DNA of 64,000 bases from a virus: the IMG/VR virus record IMGVR_UViG_3300032316_000223, positions 2,487-66,486 of that record. One strand, written 5' to 3'. The notes below the pieces were generated by a model, which did no database searches, was not told the DNA's origin, and saw nothing but the letters and a program-made list of their open reading frames with translations. The position numbers were made by a program, and so were the translations under genes. Positions 7,103 through 16,322 of this stretch are shown in pieces. Each line of letters begins with the position of its first letter. Position 1 is the stretch's first letter.

Positions 7103-8167
7103 ATGGCAGTTACAAGAGCAAGTAATTCTGGAACAACAGGATCAAAATCTAGAGATGCATCTGCAGGCGGAACAAAGGTAGCAGATGTACCAGAAGCGCC
7201 AATCATTGGGACAGCAGTATTAGTTGCAGGGGATCCTTCAGTAAATGTACCATTTACTATAAATCCAATTGGTGGAATTCCAACATCTTTTACCGCAACA
7301 TCAAGTCCTAGCGGGTTAACAGGAACAGCAGCATCTTCTCCCGTAACAGTTGCAAACCTAAATCCAGGAACAAGTTATACATTTACTGTAACAGGAACAA
7401 ACACAACAGGAACTAGTCCTGCATCTTCAGCATCAAATTCTGTAACTATTCCTCTTCCCGTTCCTCCAACTACACTTCAATACCTAGTAATTGCAGGTGG
7501 CGGATCAGGTGGAGGCCCAAATAACAACGGTGGCAGCCAAGGCGGAACATCTAGTTTTGGATCAATCACAACTGTTGGTGGGGGTGGAGGTGCAAGTTCT
7601 AACGGCGGTGGCGGTGGTGGCTGTGGCGGTGGTGGTGGTTATAGTTGTTACTTTGGTGAGAATTACTCAGGTGGTTCAGGTACTGCAAATCAAGGTTTTG
7701 ATGGTGGTGGTGGGTCTCGGTTCAGCCCTGGTAACGGTGGTGGCACAGGCTCACAAGGTGGAGCAGGTATTTCCTCTAGCATTACTGGCAACGCAGTAAC
7801 ATATGGACAATATGGTGGCTCCAATCCAGGTTTTGGTGGTCCCACTGGTGGATACAACGCCTGTGACACATCTGGCGGTGGAGGTGCAGGCGGTCTTAGA
7901 CGAAATGATGGAGGACCTTCAGGTAGAAACTCTGCTCAAGAGGCAACTTTTAACGTTTCAACAAACACAACATACAACGTCGTTGTCGGCTCGGGTGGTG
8001 TGAATAACTCATCTCCTGGAAATAATGCTGGTAAAGGTAAGGTCATCATGAGGCATGCTTCATCTGCAGCCACTGGAACTGTAACAGGAAGTCCTACTGT
8101 TACAATTGCAGCCCCATGGAAGATATATGAATGGACTGGAGACGGGAGCGTGCGCTGGAATGCCTAA
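7103..8167 (+). CDS. FN3 plus glycine-rich domain protein (putative receptor-binding fibre tip)
   Basis: FN3 signature (P.AP.I..A...L.PGTSYTFTV...N..GTS..S..SNSVT) then YLVIAGGG Gly-rich domain. Confidence 0.7.
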   Translation: MAVTRASNSGTTGSKSRDASAGGTKVADVPEAPIIGTAVLVAGDPSVNVPFTINPIGGIPTSFTATSSPSGLTGTAASSPVTVANLNPGTSYTFTVTGTNTTGTSPASSASNSVTIPLPVPPTTLQYLVIAGGGSGGGPNNNGGSQGGTSSFGSITTVGGGGGASSNGGGGGGCGGGGGYSCYFGENYSGGSGTANQGFDGGGGSRFSPGNGGGTGSQGGAGISSSITGNAVTYGQYGGSNPGFGGPTGGYNACDTSGGGGAGGLRRNDGGPSGRNSAQEATFNVSTNTTYNVVVGSGGVNNSSPGNNAGKGKVIMRHASSAATGTVTGSPTVTIAAPWKIYEWTGDGSVRWNA

Positions 8168-8543
8168 TTTTGCAGAACTTGATGAAAATAACGTAGTGAT
8201 AAATATACACTCTGTTCACGAAAATTCAGTAGATACTGAAAACGAAGAAGAATCTGGAATTGATTTTCTAGAGTCTCTACACGGTCACAGGAGATGGAAG
8301 AGATATTCATTTAATACAGCGCATGGTGTACATATGCAGGATGGAGTTCCATTTCGTAAAAATGCTGCTGCAATTGGTTACATTTATGACGAAGAACGTG
8401 ATGCCTTTATTCCACCAAAACCATTTGAGTCATGGACTTTAGACGAAGAAATCGGTGAGTGGCTTCCTCCAGTTGATCAGCCAGTGCCTCCTATGTATAG
8501 GTGGTCTGAAGCAGAATATGGCTGGATTCTTCTTAATCCTTAA
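8160..8543 (+). CDS. conserved phage protein accompanying Gly-rich fibres (chaperone-like)
   Basis: MPNFAELDENNVV...FRKN.A.IGY.YD..RDAFIPPKPFESW.L; start re-set to 8160. Confidence 0.6.
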   Translation: MPNFAELDENNVVINIHSVHENSVDTENEEESGIDFLESLHGHRRWKRYSFNTAHGVHMQDGVPFRKNAAAIGYIYDEERDAFIPPKPFESWTLDEEIGEWLPPVDQPVPPMYRWSEAEYGWILLNP

Positions 8544-8608
8544 ATAATATAAAGTTTAATATTTTTAAACTTGTCTTTTAAATGTGTATGTGTTAAACTA
8601 TTATATAC

Positions 8609-9430
8609 ATGACAAAGGATAAAAAATTGAACAAAAAATATTATTTGTTAACTGGTATGCCAAGAAGTGGAAACACACTTCTTTCTGCAATATTAAATCA
8701 AAACCCTAAATTTTATAGCAGTCCACTAAGTCCATTATCAGAGCAACTATTCCAAATTGAATCAAGTTTAAGTTCAGAAACTGGATTAAGAAATCAGGAA
8801 AATTCAAAAAGAACAATAGATACCCTTAATAAATATACTGATATATTTTATTCTGATGTAAACAAAGAGATTATTTTTGATAGGCAAAAAAATTGGACAA
8901 CGCCTAAAAACATGGAGTTAGTAACTAAATATATAAATCCAAAACCAAAAATAATATTTACAGTAAGAGACTATTTAGAGGTTATTGCCTCTACAGCAAT
9001 TTTAAGTGGCGACATTATTGAAAAAGAGATAAACTCCATGAATCTTTACATATCTCACGGTATGAATAAATATGACAAAATTGCAGAATACGTAAGTGCG
9101 TTAAATATGGCAATGGATATGACTATGCTGTCTTTAAGAACTGCCCTATCAAAAGAGTATAGGGATTTTGTTTATTTTGTAGAATATGATGATCTTGTAA
9201 ATAATACAAAAGAGACAGTAGATAAAATATACGACTTTTTAGAAGAAGAAAAATTTTCTCATGATTTGAATAATATTGAAAAAATTGAAACTGACAATGA
9301 GCATATTTTAGGTCACAACCCAATAACGCATATTGTGTATCCACAAATAACTCCTTCAAAAACTAAGCCAGAAGATATTTTTAGCGAATACATACTAAAA
9401 AAATATGCTAATATGAATATTTGGAGATAA
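8609..9430 (+). CDS. sulfotransferase family protein
   Basis: PAPS-binding loop GMPRSGNTLLSAILNQNP; VRD...S; VEYDDLV; own promoter TTGTCT-N17-TAAACT. Confidence 0.85.
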   Translation: MTKDKKLNKKYYLLTGMPRSGNTLLSAILNQNPKFYSSPLSPLSEQLFQIESSLSSETGLRNQENSKRTIDTLNKYTDIFYSDVNKEIIFDRQKNWTTPKNMELVTKYINPKPKIIFTVRDYLEVIASTAILSGDIIEKEINSMNLYISHGMNKYDKIAEYVSALNMAMDMTMLSLRTALSKEYRDFVYFVEYDDLVNNTKETVDKIYDFLEEEKFSHDLNNIEKIETDNEHILGHNPITHIVYPQITPSKTKPEDIFSEYILKKYANMNIWR

Positions 9431-9475
9431 AAAAATACCCCCAAAGGCATAAAGCCAAAGGGGGATTTTTTATTT
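9429..9475. terminator. bidirectional terminator between convergent genes
   Basis: A tract, CCCCC...GGC-loop-GCC...GGGGG, T tract. Confidence 0.65.
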
Positions 9476-9480
9476 AATTG

Positions 9481-10023
9481 TTATTTACATGGATATTTGT
9501 TGTACCAGTCCTTATACCGTGCTCCATTTATAGAAGTCCAAGAGGACCAGTCTTTTCCCCCTTTAGTCATATGTAGAGCAATCTGTGCATTCACTACTGG
9601 ATTTAGTAGTTCAGCGTTTGAGGTTAACTCAAATTTTTCTCTACGGTCTGGGCCCAATTCTCCAATCATATTGATCTGAAATACTCCATAAGAACTATCT
9701 CCAGTTTTTACATTGCCGTTGAAGGCAAGAGGACGCCCATTGGACTCTGCCTTGGCAATAGCACAAGCAGACCTTAAAGCCCTTCCTTCAAACCCAACAT
9801 GACGCAACATATCAACCAACTGCTCATCAGTTAAATTATGAGCATTTTCATACTTTTCTAATTTTTTGTCTTTAGAAACCAAAAAAGCCACCTGTTGGGT
9901 GGCAGATTTCACGGACTGTTTAATTAGTAAGTTATTTTCATTTGTTGCATTTGCGGTAGCCGAAAAAACGGTACTGCAAATAACCAACGTTAATACCCCT
10001 AGCCAAACATTTGCTTCTCTCAT
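9481..10023 (-). CDS. secreted/membrane-anchored lysozyme-like transglycosylase (SLT family)
   Basis: N-terminal signal/TM; AIAKAES catalytic Glu, GVFQIN, NPVVNAQIA, W..W; AGGAGGT SD supports start 10023; promoter TTGACC-N18-TATAAT at 10103-10074. Confidence 0.8.
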   Translation of the reverse strand: MREANVWLGVLTLVICSTVFSATANATNENNLLIKQSVKSATQQVAFLVSKDKKLEKYENAHNLTDEQLVDMLRHVGFEGRALRSACAIAKAESNGRPLAFNGNVKTGDSSYGVFQINMIGELGPDRREKFELTSNAELLNPVVNAQIALHMTKGGKDWSSWTSINGARYKDWYNKYPCK

Positions 10024-10168
10024 TGTAGAATACCTCCTAGAGAACAAATGCTACCTACTGGTAGCATGTATTAATTATAACACTAATTTGGCTCCTTGGT
10101 CAAGTTAAAGCAATAAGATATAAAAATATTTTAAATATTACATTAGTTAATGGTATAATGATATAACT

Positions 10169-10615
10169 ATGGCACAATATAGAAACCCCGATGAATCTGC
10201 AATTTCGCCTCAACCAACGGCTCCAGCAACATATAATCTTGGAAATATTCCACCACTAGTTAACTGGACAGTTGTTATCGGAGACAGTGCTTCTTTTAGA
10301 ATTTATGTAGAAGATGATCTTGGAAATGAATTAGATTATACAAATGATGAAAGTGGAGATATAACTGGTTGGGATATTAAAGCAGATTTTAGACGGTACT
10401 CAGATAATATCGGAACCGACCTAATATTTAGCATAACTCCATATGCAACAGTATTTGATGATCCAGGAGAATTCACAGTAACCATATCACCAGAACAATC
10501 TAAACAATTAAGAACTGGTGACGTATTTGATGTTCAATTAACCGACGCTAATCGTGTTTGGACGGTATGTCAAGGTGAAATGATCATGATAGGTGAAGTT
10601 ACAGATCAGAGTTGA
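10169..10615 (+). CDS. virion fibre adaptor beta-sandwich protein, paralog 3
   Basis: PPLVNWTVVIGDSASF...DITGW...FDVQL...VWTVCQG. Confidence 0.55.
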   Translation: MAQYRNPDESAISPQPTAPATYNLGNIPPLVNWTVVIGDSASFRIYVEDDLGNELDYTNDESGDITGWDIKADFRRYSDNIGTDLIFSITPYATVFDDPGEFTVTISPEQSKQLRTGDVFDVQLTDANRVWTVCQGEMIMIGEVTDQS

Positions 10616-10618
10616 TAA

Positions 10619-10960
10619 ATGGCTACTACAAGAATTAGCAATATATCAAACCCTGTTTCTATTCAAGATATAAAACCAACAAAAACCCTTTCCAACATAA
10701 AATCCTTTAACTCAACAGCATCTAATGTTGCTTTAGGTACAGTTCTTACTATTGCTACATTAACAAATACTGTCGTAATTTCTGATTTAATACCAATACC
10801 GTCAAACTTTCAAAAAGTAGACTATGCAAAAGTTATTACACCATCATCAGTTTTACCTTTTAGACTTACAATTACAAACGTTGGTATTGAGGGGTATGAT
10901 CCAGCAAATCCTCCTGGAATTGGTATTCAAATAATTGGTTTTTCTAATTATATTCTTTAA
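10619..10960 (+). CDS. fibre-associated hypothetical protein
   Basis: ORF in the fibre cassette; C-terminal PPGIGIQIIG. Confidence 0.5.
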   Translation: MATTRISNISNPVSIQDIKPTKTLSNIKSFNSTASNVALGTVLTIATLTNTVVISDLIPIPSNFQKVDYAKVITPSSVLPFRLTITNVGIEGYDPANPPGIGIQIIGFSNYIL

Positions 10961-10980
10961 CATAATGATATAATAGCCAC

Positions 10981-11427
10981 ATGGCAAAGATATCAACCAC
11001 CAACGTAAAGGCCCTGTTTCAGACAGGTGATAGACCAACTCAGGAAAACTATGTAGATTTAATTGATAGTACTTCTGCTAGGTCTACCGATCTTGGATCA
11101 GACGGCAATAATGAGTTAACAATTAATGGAATTGAAAACTCAACAGTATTTGATAGTTTTGCATCAAGTGAGTTTAGATCAATGAAATATATGATCTCAC
11201 TCAAGCATGTAGCAGGCGGTGCAAATAAGTACTCTGTTACAGAATTAACAATATTGAATGATGGATCAGATGTATCTGTTAGTCAATATGGCACTATTGA
11301 AAATGATGGGAATATTGGCACCATCTCTGTTTCAAAGGCTGGAGACACAGTTTCATTAACTGTGGTTCCTGTGGGGGGAAGTACACCTATAACTCTACGC
11401 TATTTGCGTATGGGATTAAAGGCCTAA
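10981..11427 (+). CDS. fibre anchor/connector protein
   Basis: N-terminal FQTGDRPTQENYVDLIDS; C-terminal domain (DSF...FRSMKY...EL...DG..V...YG.I) homologous to the C-terminus of the next gene. Confidence 0.6.
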   Translation: MAKISTTNVKALFQTGDRPTQENYVDLIDSTSARSTDLGSDGNNELTINGIENSTVFDSFASSEFRSMKYMISLKHVAGGANKYSVTELTILNDGSDVSVSQYGTIENDGNIGTISVSKAGDTVSLTVVPVGGSTPITLRYLRMGLKA

Positions 11428-11442
11428 CCAAGGAGATAAAAG

Positions 11443-13569
11443 ATGGCAACCGTAACAAAAGATTTTAGAGTAAAATCGGGACTGATAGTTGAGGGATCAA
11501 CTGCGACCGTTAATGGAAAGAACGTAATCACAGCAGGTGTTGTAGATGCTAAAGGTGATTTAATTGTAGGTAGTGCAGACGATGCAGTTGCTCGTTTAGC
11601 AATTGGCACAAATGGTCAAGTACTTACAGCAAACTCAGGCGCAACCTACGGTGTTCAGTGGTCTGACCCAGCAGCAGTTGGTGTATTTGATACACAAATC
11701 ACCTTTGAAGGTGCAACAGCAGATTCATTTGAAACAACTCTTACAGTAGTTGACCCAACAGCAGATCGTACAATTACACTTCCTAACGTAACAGGTACTG
11801 TAGTTACATCTGGTGATACTGGAACAGTTACAGCAACAATGCTTGCTTCAGATTCAGTAACAACAGCAAAAATTACAGATGCTAACGTAACAGAAGCAAA
11901 ACTTGCATCAAACTCAGTTACAAATGCTAAGATTGCAGATAGTGCTGTAAACACAGCAGAGATTGCAGATGGCGCAGTAACCACAGCAAAAATTACAGAC
12001 GCTAACGTAACCGCTGCTAAACTTGCTGCAGATTCAGTAGAGACAGCAAAGATTAAAGACGCTAACGTAACAGAAGCAAAACTTGCTTCAGACTCAGTAA
12101 CAAATGCTAAGATAGCAAATGATGCTGTAAATACAGCAGAGATTGCAAATCTTGCAGTAACCACAGCAAAGATTGCAGACCTAAACGTAACCACTGGCAA
12201 ACTTGCAGATGGCGCAGTAACTACAGCAAAAATTACAGATGCTAACGTAACTGCTGGTAAACTTGCTGCAGACTCTGTTGAAACAGCAAAAATTGTAGAT
12301 GGTGCAGTAACTTCAGCAAAGATTGCTAACGATACAATTGTAGATGCAGACATTAACTCTGCTGCTGCAATCGCTCAGTCTAAGATTGCAAACCTTACAA
12401 CAGATCTTGCTGCTAAGTTAGCACTCGCTGGTGGCACCATGACTGGCGCAATTGCAATGGGTACAAATAAGATTACAGGTCTTGGAGATCCAACATCTGC
12501 ACAAGATGCAGCAACAAAGGCTTATGTAGATTCAGCAGCACAAGGTATTGACTGGAAAGCATCAGTTCGTGCAGCAACAACTGCAGCAGTAACTCTCGCA
12601 TCTGGTCTAGAAAATGGAGATACTCTTGACGGAGTAACTCTTGCTACAGGTGACCGAGTTCTTGTTAAGAATCAAGCAACTGGTTCAGAAAACGGTATTT
12701 ATGTAGTTAAGGTATCTGGTGCTCCAGATCGTTCAACTGATGCAGATACAGGTGCTGAACTTACTTCAAATTTTGCGGTATTCGTAGAAGAAGGAACTGT
12801 AAACGCTGATCAAGGTTATACATTAACTAATAATGGTTCAATCACAGTTGGCACTACAGCGCTTACATTTACTCAGTTTACTGGTTTAGGACAAATTGTT
12901 GCGGGTACAGGATTAGACAAGAATGGAAACACTCTTGATATTGATTCAACTGTAGTCACACTTGATGGAACACAGACTCTTACAAACAAGACACTAACAT
13001 CACCAACACTGACAACTCCAAACCTTGGAACACCAAGTGCATTAACACTTACAAATGCAACTGATCTTCCAGTAGCAACTGGTATCTCAGGTCTTGGAAC
13101 TGGCGTAGCAACATTCCTTGCAACTCCATCTTCTTCAAACCTTGCAGCAGCATTAACTGATGAAGCAGGTTCTGGAACAGTGGCATTTACTACTAGCCCA
13201 ACTTTTGTTACACCAACTCTTGGTGCAGCAGCAGCGACAAGCATTGCTCTTCCAGATGCTCTTGTTGGTTCTGCTCTTGCTACCGCTTCAACTTCAGCAA
13301 CAACGATTGACACATGGTCAGTAAGCACTTATTCATCTGCAAAGTATATTGTTCAGATGAAAAAGGGTACTGATATTGAAGTAATTGAAGTTCTTGTCAC
13401 AGTTGATGGATCAAACAACGTTTATTTAACAGAGTATGCAGATGTAATCAGCAATGCTGAACTAGGAACAACTAACGCTGTTTACAGTGGTGGAAACGTT
13501 CTTCTTCAGGTAACTGGTGCAGCAGCAGATACTGCTGTTAAAGTACACAAGATTTATATTGAAGCATAA
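11443..13569 (+). CDS. long fibre protein with 10-aa AVTTAKIAD-type repeats
   Basis: FEGATAD.FETTL...DPTADRTITLP module, decapeptide repeats, DAATKAYVD, GDRVLVKNQ...ENGIY, TQTLTNKTL. Confidence 0.8.
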   Translation: MATVTKDFRVKSGLIVEGSTATVNGKNVITAGVVDAKGDLIVGSADDAVARLAIGTNGQVLTANSGATYGVQWSDPAAVGVFDTQITFEGATADSFETTLTVVDPTADRTITLPNVTGTVVTSGDTGTVTATMLASDSVTTAKITDANVTEAKLASNSVTNAKIADSAVNTAEIADGAVTTAKITDANVTAAKLAADSVETAKIKDANVTEAKLASDSVTNAKIANDAVNTAEIANLAVTTAKIADLNVTTGKLADGAVTTAKITDANVTAGKLAADSVETAKIVDGAVTSAKIANDTIVDADINSAAAIAQSKIANLTTDLAAKLALAGGTMTGAIAMGTNKITGLGDPTSAQDAATKAYVDSAAQGIDWKASVRAATTAAVTLASGLENGDTLDGVTLATGDRVLVKNQATGSENGIYVVKVSGAPDRSTDADTGAELTSNFAVFVEEGTVNADQGYTLTNNGSITVGTTALTFTQFTGLGQIVAGTGLDKNGNTLDIDSTVVTLDGTQTLTNKTLTSPTLTTPNLGTPSALTLTNATDLPVATGISGLGTGVATFLATPSSSNLAAALTDEAGSGTVAFTTSPTFVTPTLGAAAATSIALPDALVGSALATASTSATTIDTWSVSTYSSAKYIVQMKKGTDIEVIEVLVTVDGSNNVYLTEYADVISNAELGTTNAVYSGGNVLLQVTGAAADTAVKVHKIYIEA
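11845..12345 (+). repeat. imperfect 30-nt coding tandem repeats (xVTxAKIxDx / NVTxAKLAxD)
   Basis: Recurrent GTAACxACAGCAAAAATT and GCTAACGTAACxxxxGCxAAACTTGC units. Confidence 0.75.
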
Positions 13570-13587
13570 CTAGAATAGAGGTCGGAA

Positions 13588-14046
13588 GTGGCAACAGTAA
13601 ATAAAGACTTCAGAGTAAAGCACGGCATTATTGTAGCCGATGGCGGAACTTTTGGATCAACAGTCACAGTTGCCACTCCTACTCAAAACGCACATGCAGC
13701 AACAAAACTTTATGTAGATACTGCAGTAGGAACGCCACAACTTCCAGTTAGTGATACACAGCCAGTTTCTCCAGAAAATGGAGATTTGTGGTTTGACTCA
13801 GTGACAGAGCGTATTCACGTATACTATGGCAGTCAGTGGATTGCAATTGCTACCCTTGAAGATTCTGAAATATTACCAGACCATATTCATGACACAGCAA
13901 TTGATGGAACTGGATTAGTTGTAAGCAGATTTATTGATGCTGGGTTTTATTATGAACCTGGAGTTCTTGTAAGTGGTGGACTTTATAATACTGAAAGTTT
14001 TGAAGCAACGTATGACGGCGGGATAGCAACAGATAATTTTAATTAA
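13588..14046 (+). CDS. fibre connector protein
   Basis: N-terminus MATVNKDFRVKHG matches MATVTKDFRVKSG of 11443; HAATKLYVD, GDLWFDS, C-terminal DGG. Confidence 0.6.
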   Translation: MATVNKDFRVKHGIIVADGGTFGSTVTVATPTQNAHAATKLYVDTAVGTPQLPVSDTQPVSPENGDLWFDSVTERIHVYYGSQWIAIATLEDSEILPDHIHDTAIDGTGLVVSRFIDAGFYYEPGVLVSGGLYNTESFEATYDGGIATDNFN

Positions 14047-14084
14047 TTATCTGTTATAATATGACTAAGCATAAGGAGTAATAA

Positions 14085-16175
14085 ATGGCAACCAGATTGC
14101 AACAGCGCAGAGGAACTGCAGCGCAATGGATTTCTACAAATGCAGGAGCAGGACCAGTATTAAATGCTGGCGAAATAGGTTGGGAATCAGACACAAATAA
14201 ATTTAAAATTGGTGATGGTGTAAATAACTGGGCAAACCTAGATTACTTTGCAGACATCAACTCTACCGTTAACCCCGCTTTTGGTACAAGTATTACTTTT
14301 GAAGGCGCTACCGCAGATTCTTATGAAACCACACTTACAGTAACAGACCCAACTGCTGACCGCACAATTACTATTCCAAATACTAGCGGTACAATTATTA
14401 CAACTGGAAACCTTTCAGACATTACAGATATTGGTGTATTTACTTCAACAATCGTAATGGAAGGTTCTACAGCAGATGCTCACGAACTTACACTTTCTGC
14501 AGGAGATCCAACTGCTGACCGTACTATTACATTCCCTGATGCAACTGGAACAGTTCAACTTAGAGTAACTGATGTTTCAGATACTGAAATTGGATACCTT
14601 AATGGTGTAACTTCAGCAATCCAGACACAGTTGGACGCTAAGTCAACAGAGTCAAAAACAGAAACACTTACAAACAAGTCAATCTCTCTTGGTTCAAATA
14701 CAGTTACATCAACACTTGCTCAATTAAACACAGCAATTAGCGATGCTGATGTAGCCACACTTACTGGAACAGAAACGCTTACAAACAAAACCTTAACAAC
14801 TCCAGTAATCTCAAGTATTACAAACGGGGCTGCAACCCTTACCCTACCAACAAGCACAGGAACAATAGCATTAACAAGTGACATTGCAGCAGGTATTGTA
14901 ACTGAAACTGGAACTCAAACTCTTACAAATAAAACACTTACAAGTCCAGTAGTTTCAGGACTTACACTTTCAGATTCAGGAATTGTAATTGAAGGCTCAT
15001 CTGCAGATGCTCATGAAACTACTTTAACAGTTACAAATCCAACAGCAGACCGTACAATTACATTTCCAGATGCAACAGGAACAGTAGCACTTACAACTGA
15101 CATAACTGCTTCAAACCTTGCAAATGATTCAATAACAGCAGTAAAACTTGCAGGAGATTCAGTTACAACTTCAAAAATTCAAAATTTAGCAGTTGAAACA
15201 GGAAAAATTAATGACCTTGCAGTCACTACAGGAAAAATTGCAGAGGGTGCAGTAACATCAGCCAAGATTGCAGATGGAACTATTGTTGATGGAGACATTA
15301 ATGCAACAGCAGCAATTGCTCAGTCTAAGATTTCAGGTCTTACAACAGATCTTGGTCTTAAGGCCCCACTTGCAGCACCAGCACTAACTGGAGATGCAAC
15401 AGCAGTTAACTTAACAATATCTGGAAACTTAACTGTAAACGGAACTACAACAAATATTAACTCAACCAACCTAGTTGTTGAAGATAAGAATATTGTTCTT
15501 GGAGACACAGACACACCAACAGATACAACTGCAGATGGTGGCGGTATAACACTAAAGGGCTTAACAGATAAAACCTTCAACTGGGTAGACGCTACAGATG
15601 CTTGGACTTCATCAGAGCACATCAACCTTGCTTCTGGAAAAGCCATTTATTTAAACGGTACATTAGAAACTGCTGTAGCACAAACTCTTACAAATAAGAC
15701 AATTGCTCTTGGATCTAATACAGTTTCAGGAACTTTAGCACAATTTAATACAGCAGTTACAGATGCTGACTTTGCATCTTTAGCAGGTACTGAAACACTT
15801 ACAAATAAGTCTATTAGTTTGACAACAAATACTATTACAGGTACTTTTGCTGAATTTAATACTGCTGTTACAGATCATGATTTAGTATCTTTAACAAGCA
15901 CATCTACACTATCAAACAAAACACTAGCAAGTGCAGTAGCAACAACAGCACTTACACTTAATGCTACAGCAGAACTAAGACTTGCAGATACAGACTCAAG
16001 CCACTATGTTGGTTTTAAGGCTCCAGGAACTGTTTCAGCAAACAAGATTTGGACACTTCCAGCAGCAGACGGAGCAGCAGGACAAGTGTTGACAACAGAT
16101 GGTTCTGGAGTATTTTCTTTCTCTACTCCTGCAGCAGGTGCAGCATTTAGCGAATTAATGTTGATTGGTGCATAG
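14085..16175 (+). CDS. long fibre protein with Mtd-N-like N-terminal domain
   Basis: QQRRGTAAQW...PVL..GEIG.E.DT.KFKIGDG...W..L.Y; three EG.TAD..E..L...PTADRTIT.P modules; TETLTNK repeats. Confidence 0.8.
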   Translation: MATRLQQRRGTAAQWISTNAGAGPVLNAGEIGWESDTNKFKIGDGVNNWANLDYFADINSTVNPAFGTSITFEGATADSYETTLTVTDPTADRTITIPNTSGTIITTGNLSDITDIGVFTSTIVMEGSTADAHELTLSAGDPTADRTITFPDATGTVQLRVTDVSDTEIGYLNGVTSAIQTQLDAKSTESKTETLTNKSISLGSNTVTSTLAQLNTAISDADVATLTGTETLTNKTLTTPVISSITNGAATLTLPTSTGTIALTSDIAAGIVTETGTQTLTNKTLTSPVVSGLTLSDSGIVIEGSSADAHETTLTVTNPTADRTITFPDATGTVALTTDITASNLANDSITAVKLAGDSVTTSKIQNLAVETGKINDLAVTTGKIAEGAVTSAKIADGTIVDGDINATAAIAQSKISGLTTDLGLKAPLAAPALTGDATAVNLTISGNLTVNGTTTNINSTNLVVEDKNIVLGDTDTPTDTTADGGGITLKGLTDKTFNWVDATDAWTSSEHINLASGKAIYLNGTLETAVAQTLTNKTIALGSNTVSGTLAQFNTAVTDADFASLAGTETLTNKSISLTTNTITGTFAEFNTAVTDHDLVSLTSTSTLSNKTLASAVATTALTLNATAELRLADTDSSHYVGFKAPGTVSANKIWTLPAADGAAGQVLTTDGSGVFSFSTPAAGAAFSELMLIGA

Positions 16176-16216
16176 TACTTTATAAAATACAAAGCACTAA
16201 CTCTTAACTAGAGATT

Positions 16217-16249
16217 AACACGCCTTAAACAAGCGTGTTTTTCTTTTTA
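16217..16249 (+). terminator. rho-independent terminator
   Basis: AACACGC-cttaaacaa-GCGTGTT plus T tract. Confidence 0.65.
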
Positions 16250-16322
16250 ATTCTATGATATACTTAACACTGCTTTGGATTCTGCAAAGTACTTATAATA
16301 TTAATAGAAAGTTGGAACATAA

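Noticed and set aside
11655-13328. Long antisense ORFs (also 24384-25136, 35775-36338, 60403-61116)
   Set aside because: Shadows of Ala/Thr/Val-rich sense genes with biased codons; no SD or promoter support
14085-16175. Mtd-N domain suggesting a diversity-generating retroelement
   Set aside because: No reverse transcriptase, no TR/VR pair differing at adenines and no C-type lectin end seen in the window
16176-16322. Cobalamin riboswitch or NrdR box before nrdJ
   Set aside because: Leader after the TGATATACT promoter is only about 50 nt, with one small hairpin and no recognisable B12 box or NrdR palindrome
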